From positions 1 to 38,209 of the IMG/VR virus record IMGVR_UViG_3300020043_002680: 38,209 bases of DNA. One strand, 5' to 3'. The notes below the pieces were generated by a model. That model was not told the DNA's origin. It did not search any database and saw only the letters and a list, made by a program, of their open reading frames with translations. Of the stretch, positions 26,373 to 34,342 are shown in pieces (the stretch's first letter is position 1; each line of letters begins with the position of its first letter). The stretch is from a virus (Duplodnaviria > Caudoviricetes). A program made the translations under genes and the position numbers.

Positions 26373-26425
26373 TCCTGTTTATTCGGCATCTCAGTTTATC
26401 AGATTTGAGAAAATAAAAAGAACAA

Positions 26426-26815
26426 TTACCACGGAATTTCTCCGCCATCGTCTTCTAAGGGCGCGGGAGCTGCCTTTGCAACCTGCCGAGTCGGGCGAGC
26501 TTCACTGCCGTGCATTTTCCGGGTTTCATAGCTTTCGTTTGACCACTCCTTGCCGTTGCCGATGATTGGCAGCTTAGCGGCTCCGCTTTCTCGCTCCTCT
26601 TTGGTTGATGGCTCAGCGACAAAGTGCGTGTTGCCGTAGTCGTCCTCACCGTTCTTGTTGGAAATGGCCTCCAGGTTGAGATAAACCTTGCCGTTTTGGT
26701 GCGGCTTGGCGCGGCTCTTGGCAATGCGGATCACTACGCAGTCCTCGCCTTTGATGGTTGCTTTGCAGGCTCCCTGGAGTTGGAGCAGGTTGATTGAGAT
26801 GTTTAGTTTTTTCAT
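26426..26815 (-). CDS. SSB-like protein
   Basis: Beta-rich core, flexible linker and acidic-aromatic tail (LEDDGGEIPW). Confidence 0.6.
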   Translation of the reverse strand: MKKLNISINLLQLQGACKATIKGEDCVVIRIAKSRAKPHQNGKVYLNLEAISNKNGEDDYGNTHFVAEPSTKEERESGAAKLPIIGNGKEWSNESYETRKMHGSEARPTRQVAKAAPAPLEDDGGEIPW

Positions 26816-26819
26816 GGGA

Positions 26820-27095
26820 TTATTTAATGTAGGGTTCGAGTTGGGAGGATACTTCGTTGCAGAGTTTGTCGTGCGCGGTGGCGTCTGGCGCTCCGTCAGC
26901 GTAGGTTTCCGTTTCGTAATAGACTTTGCGGATGACTTTTTTCAGCTCTGCGAGTTCCGCTTTCGCTGCGTTGAGTTCGCGTTCTAAAGTTTTAGCAAGT
27001 CTTACCAAAACAAAGGGCGCGTTATCATCTTCAAGCCTTCCATCACGGTCTAAAACTTGAGTCAAGGCTTCTAGTGTTCTCGGTGTATCACTCAT
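26820..27095 (-). CDS. MSDTPR-family accessory protein
   Basis: MSDTPRT...NAPFVLVRL...ERELNAA; GAAAGGAG SD and ATGA overlap. Confidence 0.75.
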   Translation of the reverse strand: MSDTPRTLEALTQVLDRDGRLEDDNAPFVLVRLAKTLERELNAAKAELAELKKVIRKVYYETETYADGAPDATAHDKLCNEVSSQLEPYIK

Positions 27096-27343
27096 AGCTC
27101 TCCTTTCGCTGCTTTGATCACTGCTGTAGCCGCATTGAATGCCGCATCGCATTCATCGACACTTTTCCATTCTTCATCGTTGGGTGCTCCAATAACGGCT
27201 GAACAAAGCTTTAAAGCATCCACTGCTGAGTTGAGTTCGCGTTCTAGCTCGCGGGCAAAATCACAGATAGCTATTTCACCCTCGGTCATGTAAATGCCGG
27301 TAATTGGGCCAATGAAATCGTCTGATCGTGGTGTATCACTCAT
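27092..27343 (-). CDS. MSDTPR-family accessory protein
   Basis: MSDTPRS...DFARELERELN; paralogue of 2615-2878. Confidence 0.75.
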   Translation of the reverse strand: MSDTPRSDDFIGPITGIYMTEGEIAICDFARELERELNSAVDALKLCSAVIGAPNDEEWKSVDECDAAFNAATAVIKAAKGEL

Positions 27344-27630
27344 AGCTGATCTCCTTTCGCGGATTCGTAGGCGGAGAGAGCAGCAAAAGCTGTATCACCT
27401 GTCCATGAATAGTCTCGGTGCCCAGTTTCTTTAATCCATGCGATTTCTTTCAAAGCACCCGCCAGCCTATCCAACATTATAGCCTGCCTCTGAATCGTCT
27501 GAACGTCTCTGGCTGATGCGTGGAGATGTGACTCGCGGGCTTCGGCTAGTCGTTCGAGGAGTTGGTCAAGCTCGCGCTGTTCGACGAGTTCGATCAGCTG
27601 GTCGCCGTCCATGTAGGGGTATGTTTTCAT
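27340..27630 (-). CDS. hypothetical accessory protein
   Basis: MKTYPYMDGDQLIELVEQRE...TAFAAL; paralogue of 2023-2334. Confidence 0.75.
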   Translation of the reverse strand: MKTYPYMDGDQLIELVEQRELDQLLERLAEARESHLHASARDVQTIQRQAIMLDRLAGALKEIAWIKETGHRDYSWTGDTAFAALSAYESAKGDQL

Positions 27631-27682
27631 TGTTTCCAAAGTTTGAGGGTTAGTCCGAGGGCCTCGGCGCGTTGGGCTGCGG
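27571..27682. repeat. inverted repeat block 7 partner (of 1971-2082)
   Basis: 112 bp, 5 mismatches. Confidence 0.95.
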
Positions 27683-27944
27683 TGGCGCTGATGTAGGAAT
27701 CTTTACCTTTTGAACCGTCCACCATAGCATTTAGACGATCAGCATAACTCCAGAATTGAGACAATGTGAGAATCTTCTCCAACTCATGCACCGCGTTGAG
27801 GTCGTTGAAGTAGTCGGGTATCTCTTCAAAACCAATATTTGGGTGTTTTTTATGCCCCCAGCATTTACGTCCATCTAACCACGGCTCTTCTTGCGTAAAT
27901 CCAGCAGCCTCAGCCAGCTTGATTCGTTTTTGTTCTTTGGTCAT
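27627..27944 (-). CDS. phage ABA-sandwich-like small protein
   Basis: Paralogue of 1703-2026 (IPDYFNDLNAVHELEK). Confidence 0.7.
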   Translation of the reverse strand: MTKEQKRIKLAEAAGFTQEEPWLDGRKCWGHKKHPNIGFEEIPDYFNDLNAVHELEKILTLSQFWSYADRLNAMVDGSKGKDSYISATAAQRAEALGLTLKLWKQ

Positions 27945-28174
27945 TTCGATGCCTCCCAGATGGTGAGGATTTTTTCGAGCTTTTCTTGCGCGTCGCTTGG
28001 ACAATTGCAGGCTTCGTATGGATCTGCGGAAACTTCGCTTAAGCTAATTGTTTCCAGTCCTTCCACAGCCACCAGCAAACACTCCACCGTCGCTGCCGAG
28101 ACGTTCATATAAGTCTTCGACAGTTCAATGAACTCGCGGAGTTCTTGTTTCAGGTTTTCGATTTGTGTGCTCAT
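27941..28174 (-). CDS. accessory protein, shorter paralogue of 1374-1706
   Basis: LKQELREFIELSKT...ECLL...WEASK. Confidence 0.7.
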   Translation of the reverse strand: MSTQIENLKQELREFIELSKTYMNVSAATVECLLVAVEGLETISLSEVSADPYEACNCPSDAQEKLEKILTIWEASK

Positions 28175-28181
28175 CGTTTTC

Positions 28182-28622
28182 TTATGCAAAGTTTGGGTTG
28201 GTGTTGTCTCGAAGCCATTGGGCTTGGGCGGATTCAGCAGCATCTTGGGCAGCGGCATCGGGGGCATCGGGGGCATCGGCAGCATAGGCAGCATAGGCAG
28301 CAGCACGGGCAGCATCGGCGGCAGCAAGGGCAGCGGCTAACTCCTCATCGGTCGCCGCGCCGTTAACGTGACGATCAGCAACGTCGATGGCGTTGAGGCT
28401 GCGCTCGTCGGTCAGAAGGTGTTGCACCTGACGCGACGCCCAGACGGCGAACCGCCTAAGCTCAACGTCGGTCAGCACTCCTTCTCGGGTGGCTATCCAC
28501 ACCAGCCATTCGGTTCCCGCAGTTTGCCACACCTCGTTCATGTCTTTGCAGTGGGCGAGTGCCCACTCGCAACCGTCGCTACAGGCGTTGTGCTTATCGC
28601 AGAATTCTTTGATTGTTTTCAT
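28182..28622 (-). CDS. hypothetical protein with alanine-rich C-terminus (Imm5-like helical family possible)
   Basis: NACSDG..W...LRRFAVWASRQVQHLLTDERSLNAIDVA...ATDEELAAA; 9-bp tandem units at about 28252-28330. Confidence 0.7.
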   Translation of the reverse strand: MKTIKEFCDKHNACSDGCEWALAHCKDMNEVWQTAGTEWLVWIATREGVLTDVELRRFAVWASRQVQHLLTDERSLNAIDVADRHVNGAATDEELAAALAAADAARAAAYAAYAADAPDAPDAAAQDAAESAQAQWLRDNTNPNFA

Positions 28623-29335
28623 CGTGCGTCCTCCTTGGTTGAGGGTTTGAGGCAGGCGGTTGGGAACAGCTCAAGACATGAGCGATTACCATCAAACCAA
28701 TGACACCAACTGTCAGATGGATCATCTTTATCTATGCCGCGCGTCGTCATCAGCGGCCCGCCAGACTTGAGCCTGACGACATCGCCGACTTGAGGGTTCC
28801 ATTCTGGTGACATTACCAGAGGCTTGTCGGCGTAGCGCCAGCCGATGATGTCGGCAATAGAGTCCAACTTTGACCATCTGAACTGCTGCGCTGGGGCATC
28901 CGCATACCATACGTTTCCGTCAGCGAACAAGCATTGAATAATCGCCTCCCTAGCACACGGCATCGCATCCCCCGGCGTGTGCTTTGTCCAAGTCTTGCCG
29001 TGTGCCTCGAAGGTTTTGAGCTCTGGCTTGATGCGGTAGCACTCTGATCCATCGCCAAACTCAGGGTCATCAATGTCTTTCCAAGCTGGCGATGCGTCTG
29101 AACCGTAGTTATACTGTATCACCTTACCCTCCGCGTGAGCCTTCTTCAGCTCGGCGTAAGGGTCCGGCTTTTCGGCTGGCTCATCTGGCAAGCGGATGTC
29201 TGCGAAGTGGGTGTCTTGTTTAAAGTCATTCTCACTAAAACCCTGATCTTCATTCCAGAAAAGTCGCTGGCACCCTTCTGGAACTTCTTCAGCTTCAGCG
29301 ATTGGTCTTAGTTGTGATATGTTATCTGTTTTCAT
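28619..29335 (-). CDS. multi-module accessory protein with C-terminal YodC/DUF2158-like domain
   Basis: ATGA-coupled; shares blocks with 850-1377 and carries about 110 aa of extra modules (YRIKP; DIIGWRY). Confidence 0.75.
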   Translation of the reverse strand: MKTDNISQLRPIAEAEEVPEGCQRLFWNEDQGFSENDFKQDTHFADIRLPDEPAEKPDPYAELKKAHAEGKVIQYNYGSDASPAWKDIDDPEFGDGSECYRIKPELKTFEAHGKTWTKHTPGDAMPCAREAIIQCLFADGNVWYADAPAQQFRWSKLDSIADIIGWRYADKPLVMSPEWNPQVGDVVRLKSGGPLMTTRGIDKDDPSDSWCHWFDGNRSCLELFPTACLKPSTKEDAR

Positions 29336-29709
29336 TGTGGTGGTTGCTCTTTTGTGATGGTTAAAATAACTCTGGGTCTTCTGGCGTCCTTGGCAAACAT
29401 TGGCCTCTCGGGCCAAAGGGATTTATCGTTGACGATGACTCCTGAATCTGCAATCCCGTCTTCGTAGGCTTTGAGGGATGCCATGAAATTGCCAGGATCA
29501 GGGAACCGATACGTTGGGAAGTAGGCCGACACTTCCAGTTTGGACTTCATCCAGCCTTCCGGCGTATTGCCTTTAAGCGCCGCCACCGTGGCGATGTAAG
29601 CGGCCTTCCGGTGCGCCTTTGTCAGCTTAGACTTGATGGCCCAGTGAACGCGAGCGTTTGGAGATAGCTGTTTATAGGGTAGCGGCAGAGTGATGGTGAT
29701 TGAGGTCAT
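29332..29709 (-). CDS. rusA: RusA-family Holliday junction resolvase-like protein
   Basis: ITLPLP...SPNARVHW...DPGN...KAYEDGIADSGVIVND...PRVILTI. Confidence 0.75.
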   Translation of the reverse strand: MTSITITLPLPYKQLSPNARVHWAIKSKLTKAHRKAAYIATVAALKGNTPEGWMKSKLEVSAYFPTYRFPDPGNFMASLKAYEDGIADSGVIVNDKSLWPERPMFAKDARRPRVILTITKEQPPQ

Positions 29710-31061
29710 GCTGATTTTCTTTCTAGCCAGGCTGGCAGTTGAGCTTTTGCGCGTGGGACGTATGCGTTTTTGATGCTAGTTTCTTGGCCTCCCATGATGG
29801 CTTTGACCATTTGGCGCTTCATGTCGTCATGCTGTTCGGCCTTACGTTCAATAGTCCGCCATACTGGCAATTCAGCGTCAGAAATTACGACGTGAACATT
29901 GACTGGCTTTTTCTGCCCAAATCGCCACTCGCGTCTAATTGCCTGATAAAATGACTCGTAGCTGTAACTTATGGATGCAAAAACCATGTGGCTAGCGTGT
30001 TGCCAGTTCATTCCAAAGCCGCAGATCGACGGCTTACTGATGAGAACTCGGGCGCGGCCCTCGCTGAATGAAGTCATGCGCTCCTCTTTGTCGTCAATAC
30101 TGTCACTTCCTTTTACTTCAACGGCATCAGGAATGAGTTTTGCCAGCATTGCGCTTTCGTCATTAGACTCGCACCAAACAAGGCAAGATTCGCCGTTGTT
30201 TGCCAATTCAGCAGTAAGCTCGCATCTTTCGCGAATTGTTAAGCGCTTTGTCCTGTGCAAGTCCGTCGCTGAACTTGTGGGCATTGCGAACAGCTCGCCC
30301 TCATCGCCACCTTGCAGCGGAGTGTTGACTGTGTGCGTGTGCATTTTCAACGGCGGCAAATTGTAAGCGCCGTCATCAAATCCAAGATCGGACGGTTTTG
30401 AAATGCAAGCAGCCCAGCTTCCTACCCACTCCCAGAAGTCAGCGGCAGCATGGCCTTTAACGCGATAAACTCCAACCTTGGAAGGGTCATTGATAAACCA
30501 CCTTGCCAGCATCTCAGTCGATGGCATGACGCCCAGGAACTGAGAGTGATTGCCAAGCTCCATGTGATCGTTAGGCGCTGGAGTAGCGGTGCAGGCTAGG
30601 CGGTATGGAGTCTGGGAAAACGAGTCGCAAAGCAATTGCTTTGTCTTGCCCATGAAACCCTTTAGAATTGAGCTTTCATCAAGCACAACGCCTTTAAATC
30701 GGGCGCAGTCGAATTTATCAAGACGCTCATAATTTGTAATCGTTACACGGCTTAAAACTGTGCCGTCTTTTGAATAAACGACATCCATTCCAAGGCGTTC
30801 GCGAGCTTCACGGACTGTCTGGCTTGCCACTGCCAGCGGCGCAACTATAAGCACTTCGCCGGGAACGTGACGTGCCCATTCGCATTGCGTGATCGTCTTG
30901 CCTAGTCCTGTGTCGAGAAACAAAGCGGCGCGGCCTTTGTTAAGCGCAAACTCTGCCACCTGCCTTTGAAACGGAAATAATGACGGATGAATGCCATCGT
31001 GTGCAATCGGCGACGAGGCTGGAAGTAGCTTCTTTGAAGCGAGAAAATCAGCGTAATTCAT
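29706..31061 (-). CDS. SNF2/SF2-type helicase
   Basis: LFPFQ, DTGLGKT, LDESS, TATPAPND, GFGMNWQ, QAIRREWRFGQ. Confidence 0.88.
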   Translation of the reverse strand: MNYADFLASKKLLPASSPIAHDGIHPSLFPFQRQVAEFALNKGRAALFLDTGLGKTITQCEWARHVPGEVLIVAPLAVASQTVREARERLGMDVVYSKDGTVLSRVTITNYERLDKFDCARFKGVVLDESSILKGFMGKTKQLLCDSFSQTPYRLACTATPAPNDHMELGNHSQFLGVMPSTEMLARWFINDPSKVGVYRVKGHAAADFWEWVGSWAACISKPSDLGFDDGAYNLPPLKMHTHTVNTPLQGGDEGELFAMPTSSATDLHRTKRLTIRERCELTAELANNGESCLVWCESNDESAMLAKLIPDAVEVKGSDSIDDKEERMTSFSEGRARVLISKPSICGFGMNWQHASHMVFASISYSYESFYQAIRREWRFGQKKPVNVHVVISDAELPVWRTIERKAEQHDDMKRQMVKAIMGGQETSIKNAYVPRAKAQLPAWLERKSA

Positions 31062-32026
31062 AGCAGAAACTCCGGTTGAGCTGAAGCGGATGCGAGGAAC
31101 GCTTTGGCGTGTTCATAATACTCTGGCTTTAATTCGCTGCCGATGAACTTCCGGCCCATCTCAACGGCGCAAACGCCCTCTGAGCCAATGCCAGTAAAGG
31201 GAGAAAATACCACGTCGCCAGGATTGCTCCAAAGCTGAATAGAACGACGAATCACTCCAAGTTGTAACGGGCAGATGTGTTTCTCATCTTTGTCGCTGCG
31301 TGCAATTTTAAAATTAAGAACGTCCTGCTGATCTATGTCCCACCAAACAGGTTCAGCGTATCGTCGCCAAACGTTAATAGAATCCACAGATGCCACGCTA
31401 TTCCTTGAATACTTGGACGGGTGATAACATCCCTCATTGCGCGGATCTAGTGACGGGTCGCCAATGTAGCCTTGGAACCCGCCGCGAGATATTGGCTTGT
31501 CACTGCGAAGTCCTTCCGTCGTCGGCTTCCGCATTACGATAAGATAATCAGCCATACCCTGCCGAAGCTGAGATTGATCGGACAGAACTGACTTGTGAAG
31601 AAGGCCGTTGTTGTTTGTGCGCTCGCGCTCAGTGACTGGGCATTTCCATATTGTTACGCGGGAATGAAAATTCCAGCCAGCCTCTTCATGCGACTTGATA
31701 ATTGCGCCGGGAAAGTCGCGGAGTCCTGCGTAGCCATCGCTGCCAAAATAGGCGGGAAGGTCTTTGCAATGCACGACGGTTAGACGGCCTGGGACTGTGA
31801 CTCGGAGCTTGTCACGAATCAGGAACTTGTATTGCTCAAAGAACTCTTCCGTGTTCGCACAGTTTCCCATGTCTGCCACCGAGTCGCTGTAAATATACAG
31901 ATTCGCGAATGGTGGAGAATAGACGCTGAGGTCGATTGAATTATCTGGAAGCGATGAGCAAAGCTCTACGCAGTCGGCATTGAATAAACTCCAGCCTTCG
32001 CCGGATGATTGATCTAGTATGTTCAT
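31058..32026 (-). CDS. N4-C/N6-A DNA methyltransferase, beta class
   Basis: SPPF catalytic motif precedes HICPLQ and the FSPFTGIGS SAM-binding motif. Confidence 0.88.
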   Translation of the reverse strand: MNILDQSSGEGWSLFNADCVELCSSLPDNSIDLSVYSPPFANLYIYSDSVADMGNCANTEEFFEQYKFLIRDKLRVTVPGRLTVVHCKDLPAYFGSDGYAGLRDFPGAIIKSHEEAGWNFHSRVTIWKCPVTERERTNNNGLLHKSVLSDQSQLRQGMADYLIVMRKPTTEGLRSDKPISRGGFQGYIGDPSLDPRNEGCYHPSKYSRNSVASVDSINVWRRYAEPVWWDIDQQDVLNFKIARSDKDEKHICPLQLGVIRRSIQLWSNPGDVVFSPFTGIGSEGVCAVEMGRKFIGSELKPEYYEHAKAFLASASAQPEFLL

Positions 32027-32049
32027 AGTGATGATGTGTGATGATTCCT

Positions 32050-32241
32050 TTACTTGTTTTCTTCCTGAAACTTGAGCAATGCAGCGCTTAGCTTATTTTC
32101 AAAAGCGTAGTTTGATTGATCGCAGCAATAGGATATGATGTGTTGAACTAATATGTCCTCTCCGTGTTGGCGAGCGGTTTCGCTCATGATATCTACAAAA
32201 TCGAGACACACGGGAACTTCAATGCATGTTGTTTCGTTCAT
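32050..32241 (-). CDS. hypothetical protein
   Basis: 63 aa, ATGA-coupled to the nuclease gene. Confidence 0.55.
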   Translation of the reverse strand: MNETTCIEVPVCLDFVDIMSETARQHGEDILVQHIISYCCDQSNYAFENKLSAALLKFQEENK

Positions 32242-33419
32242 TGGTCGATTCGGTTATTTTCCACGACTTCAAAAACTGGCTTGCCTGTATCAGTGATGCC
32301 GTGCAGCACCGTATCGGCCATTGCTTCAAGCGCTTTGCCCTTGGCTTTTGTGGCATCTTTGAGCACTTCATTCAGCCCTTTGAGACTGAGTGTGCATTTG
32401 CCCGTAAAGGCATCAGCGGTGACTCCGAGAGCGGCGGCGCGCTCGTAAGCGGTGGCAACGTCGGTGATCTTGCGACGGCCCGATTTCTCTTTGAGCGAAT
32501 AACCTGGGATCTCGCCAGCTTCAACGCGCTGTTTGAAGACTGCCTTGTGAGCGGCAATGAAAGCGCCCATCAATCCCACGACGTTCTGCTCAATGTGGAT
32601 GAGTTGTTGCGGCGTCATTTCCGACATGCGAGCAAACACGGTCTTGTTGCGTGTCGCAGCATCGGCGGGCAGCGTCTCAGGCTGGACGACATCGAGCGCG
32701 TTTATGTTAGCATCTCGGAGCGTTGGACAGGAAAAGCGAGCCTTGCAGTATTTGCAGTGGTCGCCTGCCTTGCGGTTTTCTGGGATTGCAATGCGCTCAC
32801 TGACAAGCGCGGCATCGAGAAACGAATGAGCAAGCGCCAACGCAGATTGACCGTAATCCGCAACCGTTGGCTTGCCCTTCCACGGCTGGACGAGTGCCAC
32901 GCGCAGGCTAGTCAGCTTGTGACGCTTTGCCACAAGAACGGCCAATCCCATAAGCTGGGGATTCTCGATGGCGCTTTTATGCTTCCCGTGCAGCGCCTTG
33001 AAGTCGATGAGAAGGCCGCGCTCGCCCTGGGTGTAAAGCCGATCAAACTGCCCGGTGAATACAACGTTGGCCCTTGTGCTGCCGTTGACCGGGACAACTG
33101 CACCAATGTCAGTAAGTCCGTAGCGCAGTTCCTTAAAACCTAGCGGAGCATCGCCTTCGGTTTGCCATTCGTTAAGCAATCGCTCCGTTTGATCTTCACA
33201 CATCTCCGCCGTTTGCGCGGCTGAATAGCTCACATCGTCAACGCTCAGATCGTCGGAAAGCACAGCGTGAACGTCCGTGCCTTCGTTGGCATCGCTCAGG
33301 TCTTCCGGCACGTCTCCGGCTGCAATCTCTGCCTTGTGGCTCGCTGGGCACTCCATGACTCGGCCTAACTTGGATGCACTGGGAACGTGCTGGAATGGGT
33401 TGGTGTATGTTGCGCTCAT
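32238..33419 (-). CDS. PD-(D/E)xK nuclease (DUF2800/Cas4-like)
   Basis: PSAS...CPAS, EGTDVH, GQFD...LIDFK, NPQL, GDHCKYCKARFSCP. Confidence 0.82.
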   Translation of the reverse strand: MSATYTNPFQHVPSASKLGRVMECPASHKAEIAAGDVPEDLSDANEGTDVHAVLSDDLSVDDVSYSAAQTAEMCEDQTERLLNEWQTEGDAPLGFKELRYGLTDIGAVVPVNGSTRANVVFTGQFDRLYTQGERGLLIDFKALHGKHKSAIENPQLMGLAVLVAKRHKLTSLRVALVQPWKGKPTVADYGQSALALAHSFLDAALVSERIAIPENRKAGDHCKYCKARFSCPTLRDANINALDVVQPETLPADAATRNKTVFARMSEMTPQQLIHIEQNVVGLMGAFIAAHKAVFKQRVEAGEIPGYSLKEKSGRRKITDVATAYERAAALGVTADAFTGKCTLSLKGLNEVLKDATKAKGKALEAMADTVLHGITDTGKPVFEVVENNRIDQ

Positions 33420-33420
33420 A

Positions 33421-34320
33421 TTACTTGCACTCCTTTCTAACGGCGGCCTCAATGCCTGCCCAAAGTTCCAGCGCGCTTTTGAGCGTGTCGTCGTCAGCCG
33501 ATTCCAGCGGCGTGAACTCATCTCCGCCAATGCCCGATTCCTGGAGTTTAGTCAGCACCTGGCCCCACTTAAGGCCGGATGCAGTGAGCTTGACTTTGAC
33601 CTGATCGAGCAGCGTGACGGCCTCGACTTCAAACAAAGATGATTCTGCCGCCCCGTTTAATGAGCCTGTTTTTTCGCCTACTTCAGGAGGGGCGGCAGTC
33701 TGCGGCGATTTTGCCGCGAGAGTCTTGAAAAGTGGTGATGATTCAGCGCGTGGCGTTACGTCGCGTTCTACAGTGTCAGTGACTTCTTCCGCCGTCATCA
33801 TGCCTAGTGTGATATCTGGCGCGTAGAGGCGGGCGAAGAACGCTGCGGCGCGGTAGCGTAGCATAAGCTCAGGCATTGTCTGCCATTTGCTGCCGTTCTT
33901 TGTGCTCCAGCCTTCAGCCTTTGCCATTTCCAGCGTGATCTTTGGCCCTTCCAATGGCGTGCCTTCTGGCTTGCTCTTAGTCCATGCCACGCAAGAGCGG
34001 GACGGCTTGCCTTCTTCGCCTTCCATCTTGAACTGCAGCGGCTCAAAGCGGCCTGCACTGTTGACCATCGCAATCAGGAAAGTGGCGCGGAAGCTGGGCC
34101 GTCCGTGGATGATGTCCACATTTTGGATGGTCATGAATGGATCGGTGCCGAGTCGCTTGGCGATGTTGATCGCGATTGCACAATTGGCGATGTTGCCTTG
34201 GAAGTCTTTGGGGACTAGCGTTGATGCACTAAACATCTTAGCTTGCCTTTGCAGCATCTCAAAGGCTGCGTTCTCGCGTGCAATTTGCACGTCTTCTGTA
34301 GTGGTGATGATTTCGCTCAT
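33421..34320 (-). CDS. recT: RecT-like single-strand annealing recombinase
   Basis: LVPKDFQGN.ANC...IHGRPS...AKAEGW...WQTMPELMLRYRAAAFFARLYAPD..LGM.TAEE. Confidence 0.8.
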   Translation of the reverse strand: MSEIITTTEDVQIARENAAFEMLQRQAKMFSASTLVPKDFQGNIANCAIAINIAKRLGTDPFMTIQNVDIIHGRPSFRATFLIAMVNSAGRFEPLQFKMEGEEGKPSRSCVAWTKSKPEGTPLEGPKITLEMAKAEGWSTKNGSKWQTMPELMLRYRAAAFFARLYAPDITLGMMTAEEVTDTVERDVTPRAESSPLFKTLAAKSPQTAAPPEVGEKTGSLNGAAESSLFEVEAVTLLDQVKVKLTASGLKWGQVLTKLQESGIGGDEFTPLESADDDTLKSALELWAGIEAAVRKECK

Positions 34321-34342
34321 AGTGGTGATGATGTGGGGTTGA

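Noticed and set aside
28252-28330. 9-bp tandem repeats as a contingency locus
   Set aside because: In-frame, degenerate and explained by an alanine-rich low-complexity tail
29706-32026. Methyltransferase plus helicase as a restriction-modification or defence system
   Set aside because: No nuclease domain seen; this pair is common in phage early regions
32226-33143. 305-aa plus-strand ORF
   Set aside because: Antisense to the motif-bearing nuclease gene and starts at a non-ATG codon
32238-33419. Cas4 as evidence of a CRISPR-Cas system
   Set aside because: It sits next to recT as a typical phage recombination nuclease; no array or other cas genes
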